DNA of 60,387 bases from positions 1-60,387 of the IMG/VR virus record IMGVR_UViG_3300036987_000493. One strand, given 5' to 3'. Position numbers and translations under genes: made by a program. The notes beneath the pieces were generated by a model. That model saw only the letters and a program-made list of their open reading frames with translations. It was not told the DNA's origin and made no database searches. Shown piece after piece: positions 45,050 through 53,524 of this stretch; positions within the stretch are counted from its first letter, which is position 1; every line of letters begins with the position of its first letter. Source of the stretch: a virus (lineage: Duplodnaviria; Caudoviricetes).

Positions 45050-48000
45050 CTACTTCTTTGGATTCAGCGAGTAAATTTTCTGCCAAGGGGTATCGAAGCA
45101 ATATTTTTCGTGATTCAATCGTTCCAGATAATCCCACACCTGAAAAAACCGCGGCTCCGGCTTGTACCCTTTTTGGACGTTAGGGTCGATCAGGTGGTTT
45201 TCCCGAAAAAACTGCATATCCTCTTGGACGGTCCTGGCGTTGATACTAAATTCGTCGACCAGATCAGTTTTCCTTATCCGAGCAGTGTCGGGGCAGTTCA
45301 AAAGTTCATACATGATGTGGTGAAACCGCACCCGTGCATCAGAAAAAGTGTCCGCCAATTTGGCGTCTATCTGCTCCACGATCTTCCCAATTCCATCAAT
45401 GCCGTGAGTCAGCCGATAGCTCTCAGCATATCGGTCCAGCTTACAGTTTCGGGCTTCATAAATTCGCTCCAGCAATTCACAGGCTTCGGCTACATGGCCT
45501 GAGTTGACAATTACCTGGGAGAAATCATCAGTCGTGGATAGGTCAATGATGGCCGTGGCGACTGACAGCCTCGCCATGGTTTTCCGGAAATCCTCAGAGT
45601 AAACGATGGGGAGGTCGTCGGATCCGCCGAACTTGTCACTCAGATATTTGGCTATCTTCCGGATATAGTGAGCGGTTCCAGCATCAATGACGATCTGCTC
45701 CGGCTTCAAGTTCCAGGCGAAGAATATCAGGGCCCGCAGGTCCTCATCCGTCACCTGTTGCGGGGTGTCCGAGATCTCAGGGAAATAAATCTTCTCCTTA
45801 TCCTCGATGTCCCAGGTGGCGGCGAACATAGCGAAGTCGATGCGCCTGATCATCATCCCAGGGAAGATGCCCTTGATCGCTTCGGCCCCGTACCGGAAAC
45901 TGTCCATGGTACGTTGCTCTGAGGCCTGCTTGGGGTGTTTGGGATTGCAACCGAAGATCACCCGGGTCCGGCACTCGAAAGTTTTGTTCTGGATTTTGTC
46001 GATGCGCAACAGGCCGGTATCTATGCCCTCGGCCATGGTCTTCAATTCTTCTTGGGCGATGTCCTGAGCTTCGTCCACGATGAGAGCCTGCCGGTTCATC
46101 TTGAGCAGAACGCCGGCCTTGATGCGCCACCCGCGGCGTTCATCGTGTTCACATCCGTAGGTTATTCCTGTCCGGCTGGCCGTCATGCCGCTCACCCGGC
46201 TGCCGATCCGGGCGAAGTTAAAGAACCCCTCACTCACCGTCGTCTTGCCGGTGCCGGTATCCCCCACGATGATCGCAGTGAGCCACCCCCTGATCTGGCC
46301 TTCCCCCGGGAAATCGAACCCCAGGGGGGAACACAACACCATAAGGACCCCCAGGTGCAGGTCCGGGCGCTCGTAAATCCGGGTGACATGGACGGCCAGG
46401 TCGTCTGCGATTTCCCTTGGGTTCATTCCACGGAGCTTTTCCAGGGACTGCCGATATTTTTCCACTGAGAACCCCTGGTAATCCTCTTCCAGGCGCTCGA
46501 TGGTATCTATCAACATGGTCGGCTGCTGATCCCGATAGGCGGTCACCACCCGGCCGGTGGCCTGGTACTTGCCGATCTCCACCAGGCCGCCGCCAATGAC
46601 ATAGACAGGTTTTTCCACCAACTCGATGCGCTCGGCCGCCATGGCGCCAACCACCTGATGGGCGAAAACCTCCCGGATGGTGATTTTGTCCTCATCCTTA
46701 AGCGTCAGAGATGGTGACCGATCTCTGTCACAGATATAGGCCCGCAGGTTCTTCATTAGCTGGGCGTCCGTAGCCCTGACCCCGGCGATCAACACCCGCT
46801 CCCCCAGGGGCACTATTACTTCTGCCATGCAGGCCCCGGGGGCACTCGCCCGCCCGGTGCATTTGTTATCCCGTTTCAATGGACAGGAGGCGACGGTAAA
46901 TTTTTTGGGGGCATGGTAGGCGACCGTATTTTCTCCGAAGATTTGGATGGGCACGGTGACTCGGTGGCCGGCATACTTGGCCCGGTCGATCAATTCAAAG
47001 CTGGGGATAACGATGGGAGTTTCAAGGTGACTGATGGGCGTGGGGAAGGTGTGGGGCGCCGCCTGGTTAATTAAATCTTTCAGTTTGACGCCTGAGCCTC
47101 CGTCCTTGATGATCCAGTCGGTGAAATCCTTGTGGCCCTTATCGGGCTTGTCGTAAAGCCAGACCACCTTGACGGAAAGCACATCGCCGGCCAGGACCGC
47201 CGGTTTGAATTTTGGCAGCACCAGGGACTGCACCGCTTCTCGCCCCGCCTGGTCGCTATCATAGAGCACAACGACGTGGAAGCCGTGGAAATCCTTAACC
47301 CAATTATCCTGGAAGCTCTTGGCGCCGTTGGTGCCGGAGACAGCCAGGAATCCGGTCTCCTGTTCCACCAGCATGGCATCGAACTCGCCCTCGGTGAGTA
47401 AAACGGTGATCCCCGGGGCGGCCTTGGCTAGGCGCTCCAGGCCCCACAATCGCGCCCCCCCGTAGCCCGCCCAATTCAGGGTCTTGGGATCCTTCTTGGA
47501 ATTGTGGAAGCGGATGTTGACGAGGGCCCCGGTCTCATCGAATACGGGGAAGGCGTTGCGCTGTCGCTTGAGGCACCAGCCCACCCGGTACTTGGCCAAG
47601 CTCTCTTCTGTCAGGCCCCGTTTATCCCTGAGAAAATCCTTGGTCTCAGGTGCAAAGTTTTTTTGGAATCCCTCCACGTCGCCCAGGGTCGGTGGTTCCT
47701 TCGGCGTTTTGACCTTTCCGTCCCCGTTGTCCACCCCGGTCTGCGCGGCGAAGGCCTTGTAGACCTCATTGCCCATCATCCAAGGGGAACCGGGCATCCG
47801 GGCGATCACGTCAATAAATGACATAGCGCCTTTCCCGGTCGGAGCATGGTCAACGTAGATGCCTCGCTTATTCGGGTCGTTGCCTACGTTGAGGGCCGCG
47901 GAGGGATGATCATCGGTTCGGTCGATGGAATGAACAGGCAGCCACCCATCAGGAGACGGTACTGCATTGGAAGGGACCCGGCCACCGTACTTGACGAACT

Positions 48001-48055
48001 CAGCCTGGAGGTCGAGGCGTCGGAGGATTTCATCGCGCTGAGGATTGTTGCTCAT
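45050..48055 (-). CDS. TOPRIM primase fused to MCM-like AAA+ helicase
   Basis: TEGEFDA and YDSDQAG (TOPRIM); GDTGTGKT, ASRTGIT, IVDEAQ and RRID (MCM-like); start at 48055 by ATGA overlap. Confidence 0.82.
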   Translation of the reverse strand: MSNNPQRDEILRRLDLQAEFVKYGGRVPSNAVPSPDGWLPVHSIDRTDDHPSAALNVGNDPNKRGIYVDHAPTGKGAMSFIDVIARMPGSPWMMGNEVYKAFAAQTGVDNGDGKVKTPKEPPTLGDVEGFQKNFAPETKDFLRDKRGLTEESLAKYRVGWCLKRQRNAFPVFDETGALVNIRFHNSKKDPKTLNWAGYGGARLWGLERLAKAAPGITVLLTEGEFDAMLVEQETGFLAVSGTNGAKSFQDNWVKDFHGFHVVVLYDSDQAGREAVQSLVLPKFKPAVLAGDVLSVKVVWLYDKPDKGHKDFTDWIIKDGGSGVKLKDLINQAAPHTFPTPISHLETPIVIPSFELIDRAKYAGHRVTVPIQIFGENTVAYHAPKKFTVASCPLKRDNKCTGRASAPGACMAEVIVPLGERVLIAGVRATDAQLMKNLRAYICDRDRSPSLTLKDEDKITIREVFAHQVVGAMAAERIELVEKPVYVIGGGLVEIGKYQATGRVVTAYRDQQPTMLIDTIERLEEDYQGFSVEKYRQSLEKLRGMNPREIADDLAVHVTRIYERPDLHLGVLMVLCSPLGFDFPGEGQIRGWLTAIIVGDTGTGKTTVSEGFFNFARIGSRVSGMTASRTGITYGCEHDERRGWRIKAGVLLKMNRQALIVDEAQDIAQEELKTMAEGIDTGLLRIDKIQNKTFECRTRVIFGCNPKHPKQASEQRTMDSFRYGAEAIKGIFPGMMIRRIDFAMFAATWDIEDKEKIYFPEISDTPQQVTDEDLRALIFFAWNLKPEQIVIDAGTAHYIRKIAKYLSDKFGGSDDLPIVYSEDFRKTMARLSVATAIIDLSTTDDFSQVIVNSGHVAEACELLERIYEARNCKLDRYAESYRLTHGIDGIGKIVEQIDAKLADTFSDARVRFHHIMYELLNCPDTARIRKTDLVDEFSINARTVQEDMQFFRENHLIDPNVQKGYKPEPRFFQVWDYLERLNHEKYCFDTPWQKIYSLNPKK

Positions 48056-48507
48056 AATTTTATTTTTCCGGTTTGCAAATCGTTCCAGCACCGTTCAAGC
48101 AAAAGGTAGGTCCACACTTCCGCTGCAGCCCGATTAGGGCATCGTTCAAAATGAACTCCGTATCGAATCATCCAGGCTATCATGCTCCGGAATACCGTCT
48201 TGGGTTTCAATCGGGATCGGACTGGCGGCCGCTGGCGGATAGTCTCAAAACCAGCTTCAATTACTACCGCAGCAAATCGAAAATGCGAAAGCCGTTCCAA
48301 TTCTCGTTCAAACCTATCCCGACCTTGGCCGACGGTGCCAAAGAGATCCGCTAAACTCTTACGTTCGATGGCTACTTGATTCTCAAAGCCTCGGAGAGAA
48401 TAGTCCCCGCTGGCCAAGGTAGTCACCTCCACCAGAGGCGGCGGGGTGATGCAGGCAAAGGTATATGGGGCTTGTTCCCGGGTGTCCTGGATGATGCACA
48501 GGGGCAC
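48052..48507 (-). CDS. ERCC4/XPF-domain nuclease
   Basis: DTREQ, GDYS and IERKS..DL motifs. Confidence 0.88.
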   Translation of the reverse strand: MPLCIIQDTREQAPYTFACITPPPLVEVTTLASGDYSLRGFENQVAIERKSLADLFGTVGQGRDRFERELERLSHFRFAAVVIEAGFETIRQRPPVRSRLKPKTVFRSMIAWMIRYGVHFERCPNRAAAEVWTYLLLERCWNDLQTGKIKL

Positions 48508-48665
48508 TATTTGATCTCCATCAACGCCATAGCAATCTTCCCGGCCTGGAGAAGCGCTTGTTTTTCTTTAAGGGTGAGATCGTCCAATTTGAGCCGGGTA
48601 CATGGATCGCAGAGGTCCTTGGGTTGTTCCACAGGCTCCTTCACCTCTCGGCCGTTGGCAATCAT
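48507..48665 (-). CDS. Small hypothetical protein (52 aa)
   Basis: MIANGREVKE...MEIK, coupled to both neighbours. Confidence 0.5.
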   Translation of the reverse strand: MIANGREVKEPVEQPKDLCDPCTRLKLDDLTLKEKQALLQAGKIAMALMEIK

Positions 48666-48787
48666 GTGAGTGCCCACCAGACCGCGGCCCCCAAGCCGCC
48701 AATCAGGAAGGCGTCAACCGAGAACAGGAACCACCAGAGCAGGGGTCTCTCCCTCTTGGAGAGACATGAATCGCAATTGCAGTCCAT
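48662..48787 (-). CDS. Small membrane protein (41 aa)
   Basis: MDCNCDSC...LLWWFLFSVDAFLIGGLGAAVWWALT; ATGA overlap. Confidence 0.5.
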   Translation of the reverse strand: MDCNCDSCLSKRERPLLWWFLFSVDAFLIGGLGAAVWWALT

Positions 48788-48837
48788 TTTTCCGGCTTCC
48801 TTAATAGGGAAATCCTAATGCAGAATTAGGGAATCCC

Positions 48838-49113
48838 TTACTGACCCGTCATCAGGTTCATGGTGAAGTCATTAAATTTAATAAGACGATCAGGCAGGTG
48901 ACGGATGCGGTTATGGGACAAACCGGCGATTCTTACCCAGCTTCCGCCGATCTTCCGATAGATGAAAATACCGATGTGGTCAACGAGGATGCGAGATTGA
49001 CACAGTTCCCATAGCCGGGGTTCTCCACCCCGTACCCGCCTCCAATGGCAGGCCTCTATGGCCTTCTCCAGGGCATCACCCGGATGGAGCTCGTAGCTTT
49101 CGTTATTTGACAC
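48838..49113 (-). CDS. Hypothetical protein
   Basis: 91 aa, overlaps the end of the cro-like gene. Confidence 0.55.
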   Translation of the reverse strand: MSNNESYELHPGDALEKAIEACHWRRVRGGEPRLWELCQSRILVDHIGIFIYRKIGGSWVRIAGLSHNRIRHLPDRLIKFNDFTMNLMTGQ

Positions 49114-49372
49114 GGGGCATCTTCCTCGGTTTCTTGGTGCGGGGAGCGCAGATCCATTTGGCAGTGGGGGTCAAGTCGGGCCGTAGGTCAATAAAATGGA
49201 TACCTGTCAGCCGGTCGTCCGACAGAGACAGATTCATCACCTTAACGGCTTTAAGGATCGAGAAGGATTTGCGGCCGGCGTTGACATGACTAAGAAAACT
49301 GCGGGTTACCCCTAATTTGTCGGCCAGATCAGAGGGAATCGGTACAGGTAAGGGTTTATTTTGTGAACTCAT
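49103..49372 (-). CDS. Cro-like HTH regulator
   Basis: LADKLGVTRSFLSHVNAGRK; divergent from cI. Confidence 0.75.
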   Translation of the reverse strand: MSSQNKPLPVPIPSDLADKLGVTRSFLSHVNAGRKSFSILKAVKVMNLSLSDDRLTGIHFIDLRPDLTPTAKWICAPRTKKPRKMPRVK

Positions 49373-49378
49373 AACCGC

Positions 49379-49407
49379 AAATTAGGTCAATTTGACTAAA
49401 TTGTCAA
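49379..49407 (-). promoter_or_regulatory. Lytic promoter with operator GGTCAATTTGACT (49385-49397)
   Basis: TTGACA-17 nt-TAATTT on the minus strand, operator in the spacer, ATG 6 nt downstream. Confidence 0.75.
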
Positions 49408-49559
49408 GCCAAATGTGCTGTCGGTTTTAATATTCAATTTGACTAAAAAATGGTTTACTTCGTGGTCAAATTGTTTTATTTACTCATTACAAATTGCACC
49501 AAAATTGCAATTAGCTTGATTTTCTCTATATTTTTCACTAAATATGCAAAAAAAATCTC

Positions 49560-49588
49560 TTGACTAATTGGTCAATTCGGATTATTTT
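49560..49588 (+). promoter_or_regulatory. Putative cI promoter with degenerate operator
   Basis: TTGACT-17 nt-TATTTT containing GGTCAATT. Confidence 0.5.
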
Positions 49589-49598
49589 TGACAGCACT

Positions 49599-50222
49599 AT
49601 GATAGATGCTGTCAAAAACCAAGCGTCTGAGGTTGAAAGGCGAATCAGCGCAAAGGTTCGAGCTTTGATGAAGAAAGCCGGGCTGAGTACTAGGAGATTG
49701 GGCCAGAAAATCGGCTTAGAGAATATCTACCGGGTCCTAAATGGCGAGAGAAGCTGGAGTTTTAAACATCTACTTGCAGTTAGCGAATTATTCCAAGTCC
49801 CCATTGAAGACTTGGTTGGGGGAGCGATCCGGGTTCCAATTATGGCTACTGTTTCCGCCCTAAACCCACCCGATTACCCAGAGGTTCTTAATGAAGGTCA
49901 AGGATCCATTGAATTAAAGGGGGGTGGCATGTTGGGGGGTATGGAAGGATTATACGCATTTGAACTGTCTGACCGCAGCATGATGCCAGCTTTTAAGCAG
50001 GGCACAAAGTTTGTGGCGGAGAAAGGGTCGTCTGATCTTATTGAACATGAGGACCTCGTAATATGCCCCGACGACCAGGGCAAAGCTCATGTCTGTCGTA
50101 TTCATTTTACGAGTGACCAATTGATAACCTTGAAAAGCCTAAATCCTTCCGTTCCGGATATTGTTTTCCCTCGAAATCGCATCCGGGCCTGTGACTTAAT
50201 CGTCGATATCCGCCTAAAATAA
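49599..50222 (+). CDS. cI: CI-like repressor (XRE HTH + S24 peptidase)
   Basis: N-terminal HTH and C-terminal DRSMMP...LKSLNP S24 domain; probable start ATG at 49599. Confidence 0.82.
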   Translation: MIDAVKNQASEVERRISAKVRALMKKAGLSTRRLGQKIGLENIYRVLNGERSWSFKHLLAVSELFQVPIEDLVGGAIRVPIMATVSALNPPDYPEVLNEGQGSIELKGGGMLGGMEGLYAFELSDRSMMPAFKQGTKFVAEKGSSDLIEHEDLVICPDDQGKAHVCRIHFTSDQLITLKSLNPSVPDIVFPRNRIRACDLIVDIRLK

Positions 50223-50241
50223 TTAAAGAAGTGTCTACTTA

Positions 50242-50268
50242 GGGGGGCTCTTAGAGCCCTCTTTTTTT
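50242..50268 (+). terminator. Rho-independent terminator after cI
   Basis: GGGGGGCTC-TTA-GAGCCCTC followed by T7. Confidence 0.75.
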
Positions 50269-50271
50269 GTC

Positions 50272-50301
50272 TTGACAATACGGTCAATTTGACCATATAT
50301 A
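50272..50301 (+). promoter_or_regulatory. Early promoter with perfect operator GGTCAATTTGACC (50282-50294)
   Basis: TTGACA at 50272, palindromic operator in the spacer, AT-rich -10. Confidence 0.7.
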
Positions 50302-50464
50302 TTGACAGTTGTTTTGCCTTTGTCGGACGAGCCAATTCGGTCAATCCTGGGTATCGCACCCAGGGGCGTACCCCCGGTTATGACCCTGGCAGAGGAAGTT
50401 CCAAGCCTATTCCCTCGCGGGAGAAGCGGCTGGGGCGAACAGTTATAAATGAGAGAGGTAGCGT

Positions 50465-50824
50465 ATGACCCAAGAAAAGGAGCATGTCTCTTTAGAGAAT
50501 CTTGGTTCCGGTGCTGCAACCGAACTTTTCAACCTCGAACTGCAGCGTGTCCTGGAGAACATCTCGGACGAGAACACCAAACCCACCGCCATGAGGGAAG
50601 TCACCCTCAAAGTCAAAATCAAGCCAGGTGAAGATCGGGATTATGGGGATGTGGAAATCTCCTGTGTGTCCAAGCTGGCCCCGGTCAAACCCTTCCCCAC
50701 CAACATCTTCATCGGGCGCCACCTGGGCAGGACCGTGGCCACCGAACACAACCCCAAGCAGGCGAAGCTCTTCGAGACTCCGGCCAACGTGACGGTCATG
50801 GCGGAGAGGGGGGCACAATCATGA
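50465..50824 (+). CDS. Conserved phage protein (often annotated replication terminator-like)
   Basis: GAATELFNLELQRVLENISDENT...REVTLK...SKLAP. Confidence 0.65.
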   Translation: MTQEKEHVSLENLGSGAATELFNLELQRVLENISDENTKPTAMREVTLKVKIKPGEDRDYGDVEISCVSKLAPVKPFPTNIFIGRHLGRTVATEHNPKQAKLFETPANVTVMAERGAQS

Positions 50825-51543
50825 TTAAGGATGCTCTCCAGTGGATTAGGGACCAGGCCCGGCCTATTCAAGTAACCATTGATGGCCGGGAATACACTAC
50901 CCAAAAACTCTATGAGGTTATGGAACCCACCCCGGGGTCTATGCACATTCACACCCTCACCGGCCTGGTGGATTACATCGAAGCGGACAAAGACATCCTC
51001 CATGATTTGGACGGTGAAGATCCCTTTTTCCAAATCTGTTCCCACAATGAGGTCGAGTTGAAGTCCGCTCTCGTCGGGGCCTTTTGCCAGCGTAAAACCC
51101 TTCTGGTGGCCACCCCGCCGGAAAACCGCGGTTATCCCTTCGGCCAGTGGCTCGACCCGGAATCCTTCATCATCGCCCTGCAGGCCATGTTCGTGCCGGA
51201 CGAGACCACCGCCAAACTCCTGGCTCTGGTTTCCTCCATTAAAGAAGAGGCAGTAAAAACCTCCGGAGATGACGGGATTTCCCAAACCGTGACCGCCCGG
51301 GCCGGAGTCGCCCTGGTCACAGAGGTTAAAGTTCCCAACCCGGTAACCCTCCGGCCCTACCGGACCTTCATGGAAGTTGAGCAACCGGCTATCTCCTGCG
51401 TCTTCCGGTTGCGCCAGGGGCCGATGCTTTCCCTGCACGAGGCCGACGGCGGCCTGTGGCGGTTGGAGGCCATCAAATCCATTAAGGCCTACCTGGACGC
51501 GGCCATGGGGGCACTGGACCAGAAGATTCCTGTAATTGCTTAA
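50821..51543 (+). CDS. Conserved phage protein, usual partner of the preceding gene
   Basis: TLTGLVDYI, DDGISQ, PNPVTLRPYRTF and EADGG motifs. Confidence 0.7.
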   Translation: MIKDALQWIRDQARPIQVTIDGREYTTQKLYEVMEPTPGSMHIHTLTGLVDYIEADKDILHDLDGEDPFFQICSHNEVELKSALVGAFCQRKTLLVATPPENRGYPFGQWLDPESFIIALQAMFVPDETTAKLLALVSSIKEEAVKTSGDDGISQTVTARAGVALVTEVKVPNPVTLRPYRTFMEVEQPAISCVFRLRQGPMLSLHEADGGLWRLEAIKSIKAYLDAAMGALDQKIPVIA

Positions 51544-52928
51544 TGGCTGTCGCTACTGAGGTAGGGAGTCTCTGGCGCAACCCAGACGAAGGGCAAACCT
51601 TCTCCGGATGGATCACCTTGCCATACTCCCTACCGGCCGGCGCCAAGCTCTGGGCGGTTCTTATCCCTCAACCCTTACGGCGCAGCCCCAAGGAAAAGTT
51701 CATCTTGCACATCGAGATACCGTGCGATGCCCCACCCCCGGGGCCTCCCGGGCCGGATGACATCAATTGTGACAAAGGAGGACGCATGATTCAACTGTTC
51801 GGCCCAGCCAGGCCACCGGGTAGGCGCAATAAGATCTTGATCTGTGGCAAATCCGGGACCGGCAAATCTTTAAGCGCCATGGGGTTCCCCATGTGCGCCT
51901 ACATCGACAATCATGGCAGCGTTGAGAATTACCAGACAGCCTATCCGGACCACCTGTACTTCCCCAAAGAAGGGCAGGTGGCCACGGTTGATCTGACCAC
52001 CGATGCTGTTAAGCGATTATTGATTGACCCAGGTGACCGTCTTACCGTGGTCATCGACGACATCACCACCTACAACAACCAGGTGGATTTTAAATGGAAC
52101 AACCTGTTCCTCAAGCGCCAGGTCGGCGGCAAAGGCCATCATCTCGAATACTACAGTAACCAGCCCAATGACTACATCCATCCCAAGAGAGAGAAAAACG
52201 CTTTCATTCGCCGCCTTCTTGCCATGGATTTGAATGTGATCATCATCGCCCGGATGAAAACCCAATATGCCGGGGCAACGGGCGGAACCGATTTTATGAA
52301 GGTGATCGGTGAAACCTTTGCCGGCGATGAAAACCTGGTTTACGAATTTGATTATCTTTTCAAGTTCGTGCAAGACGATGACGGCAAACGGTATGCCGAA
52401 ATCATGGGGAAACAACGGGTCCCGGCAGGTGGGAAACTCTTCCCGGCACGTTCCGAGTTCGAAATCACCCCTGCGGGCAAATCCACCTTCTATGAAGTCT
52501 TCTGCCAATATGCCGTGGTGCAGCGTTTCAAGACGGCAGCCCACGCGGTGATAGACCCGGTGACAGAGACGACCCTTCGGGAAGCACCCCCAGCCCCCGC
52601 GGGAGAGGAACTGCCCACCATTCAGCCGGGGAAAGTTATTGCCGCAGGCGACGTAGATAAAACCCTTGCTGCGAAGGTTTCTGCTGCGGTAACCGTCGGT
52701 GCAGAAACTCAACACCCCGCTGAGATTGCTCCGCCCGCCGGCACCCCCGTAGAAATCACCACAAAACAGTTGGATGACCTGGTGGAACTCAAGGGGAAAT
52801 TTCTGATCCAGAAGCCGGAATGGGATAAGGAGATCGCGAAATATAACGTGACCAGCGCCCGGGATCTCACCCATGACCAGGCCAATGATTTCATCAAGTA
52901 TCTGGAAAATGACCGGGTGCCTTTCTAA
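51543..52928 (+). CDS. Sak4/AAA_24-like ATPase recombinase (strong internal start at 51786)
   Basis: KILICGKSGTGKS and VVIDDIT; followed by an SSB-like gene. Confidence 0.7.
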   Translation: MAVATEVGSLWRNPDEGQTFSGWITLPYSLPAGAKLWAVLIPQPLRRSPKEKFILHIEIPCDAPPPGPPGPDDINCDKGGRMIQLFGPARPPGRRNKILICGKSGTGKSLSAMGFPMCAYIDNHGSVENYQTAYPDHLYFPKEGQVATVDLTTDAVKRLLIDPGDRLTVVIDDITTYNNQVDFKWNNLFLKRQVGGKGHHLEYYSNQPNDYIHPKREKNAFIRRLLAMDLNVIIIARMKTQYAGATGGTDFMKVIGETFAGDENLVYEFDYLFKFVQDDDGKRYAEIMGKQRVPAGGKLFPARSEFEITPAGKSTFYEVFCQYAVVQRFKTAAHAVIDPVTETTLREAPPAPAGEELPTIQPGKVIAAGDVDKTLAAKVSAAVTVGAETQHPAEIAPPAGTPVEITTKQLDDLVELKGKFLIQKPEWDKEIAKYNVTSARDLTHDQANDFIKYLENDRVPF

Positions 52929-52963
52929 GCCCATAACTTTAATTTCAAGGAGATAACAAGTAC

Positions 52964-53515
52964 ATGGCAGACGATTATCTGGATGACAGTCAGTTAGTTA
53001 CCACTCCGGGGATCGGTGGGTTGAAATACGACGACATTGAGACTGGCGGCTCCGCTTCCATCGGTGAGCACCTGGCCCAGATCAAGAAGGTCAAAGCCCA
53101 AAAGAAGGATTGGCCCAATTTCACCGGTGTTCAAGCCGTCGTGCTCTTCACCATCCTCGAAGGACCCGACAAAGGCAAAACCGCCTATGACCGCATCCCC
53201 TTCTACCATGAAAAGGAAGAAGAGTGGATGAAGACCAAACGCCTCCTGGTCGCCAAGCGGACGGGGTTGATCTCTCGGGAGAGCAAAGACACCGAAACGA
53301 TCAACTTTAAACTCCTGGAAGGCATGAAGGTCATCATCGCCATCGAAGAGAACACCTACCAGGACAAAACCACCAAACAGATGAAGACCGGCGTCGGGCT
53401 GAACACCTTCAAAAGCTACCGTGACCCGTCCTTGGAACCCAAAGTCGGCGCTGCCCAGACCGGCGCAGCCACTTCCGGCGCTGGCGCGGCAAAAGACGCC
53501 TATCAGGACATCTAA
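52964..53515 (+). CDS. DUF669-like single-stranded DNA-binding protein
   Basis: FTILEGPDKGK motif, acidic C-terminus, follows the Sak4-like gene. Confidence 0.6.
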   Translation: MADDYLDDSQLVTTPGIGGLKYDDIETGGSASIGEHLAQIKKVKAQKKDWPNFTGVQAVVLFTILEGPDKGKTAYDRIPFYHEKEEEWMKTKRLLVAKRTGLISRESKDTETINFKLLEGMKVIIAIEENTYQDKTTKQMKTGVGLNTFKSYRDPSLEPKVGAAQTGAATSGAGAAKDAYQDI

Positions 53516-53524
53516 AAAGGCCTC

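Noticed and set aside
44640-45502. ORFs across the AT-rich iteron region
   Set aside because: No RBS or motifs; overlap the origin-like repeats or lie antisense to the primase gene
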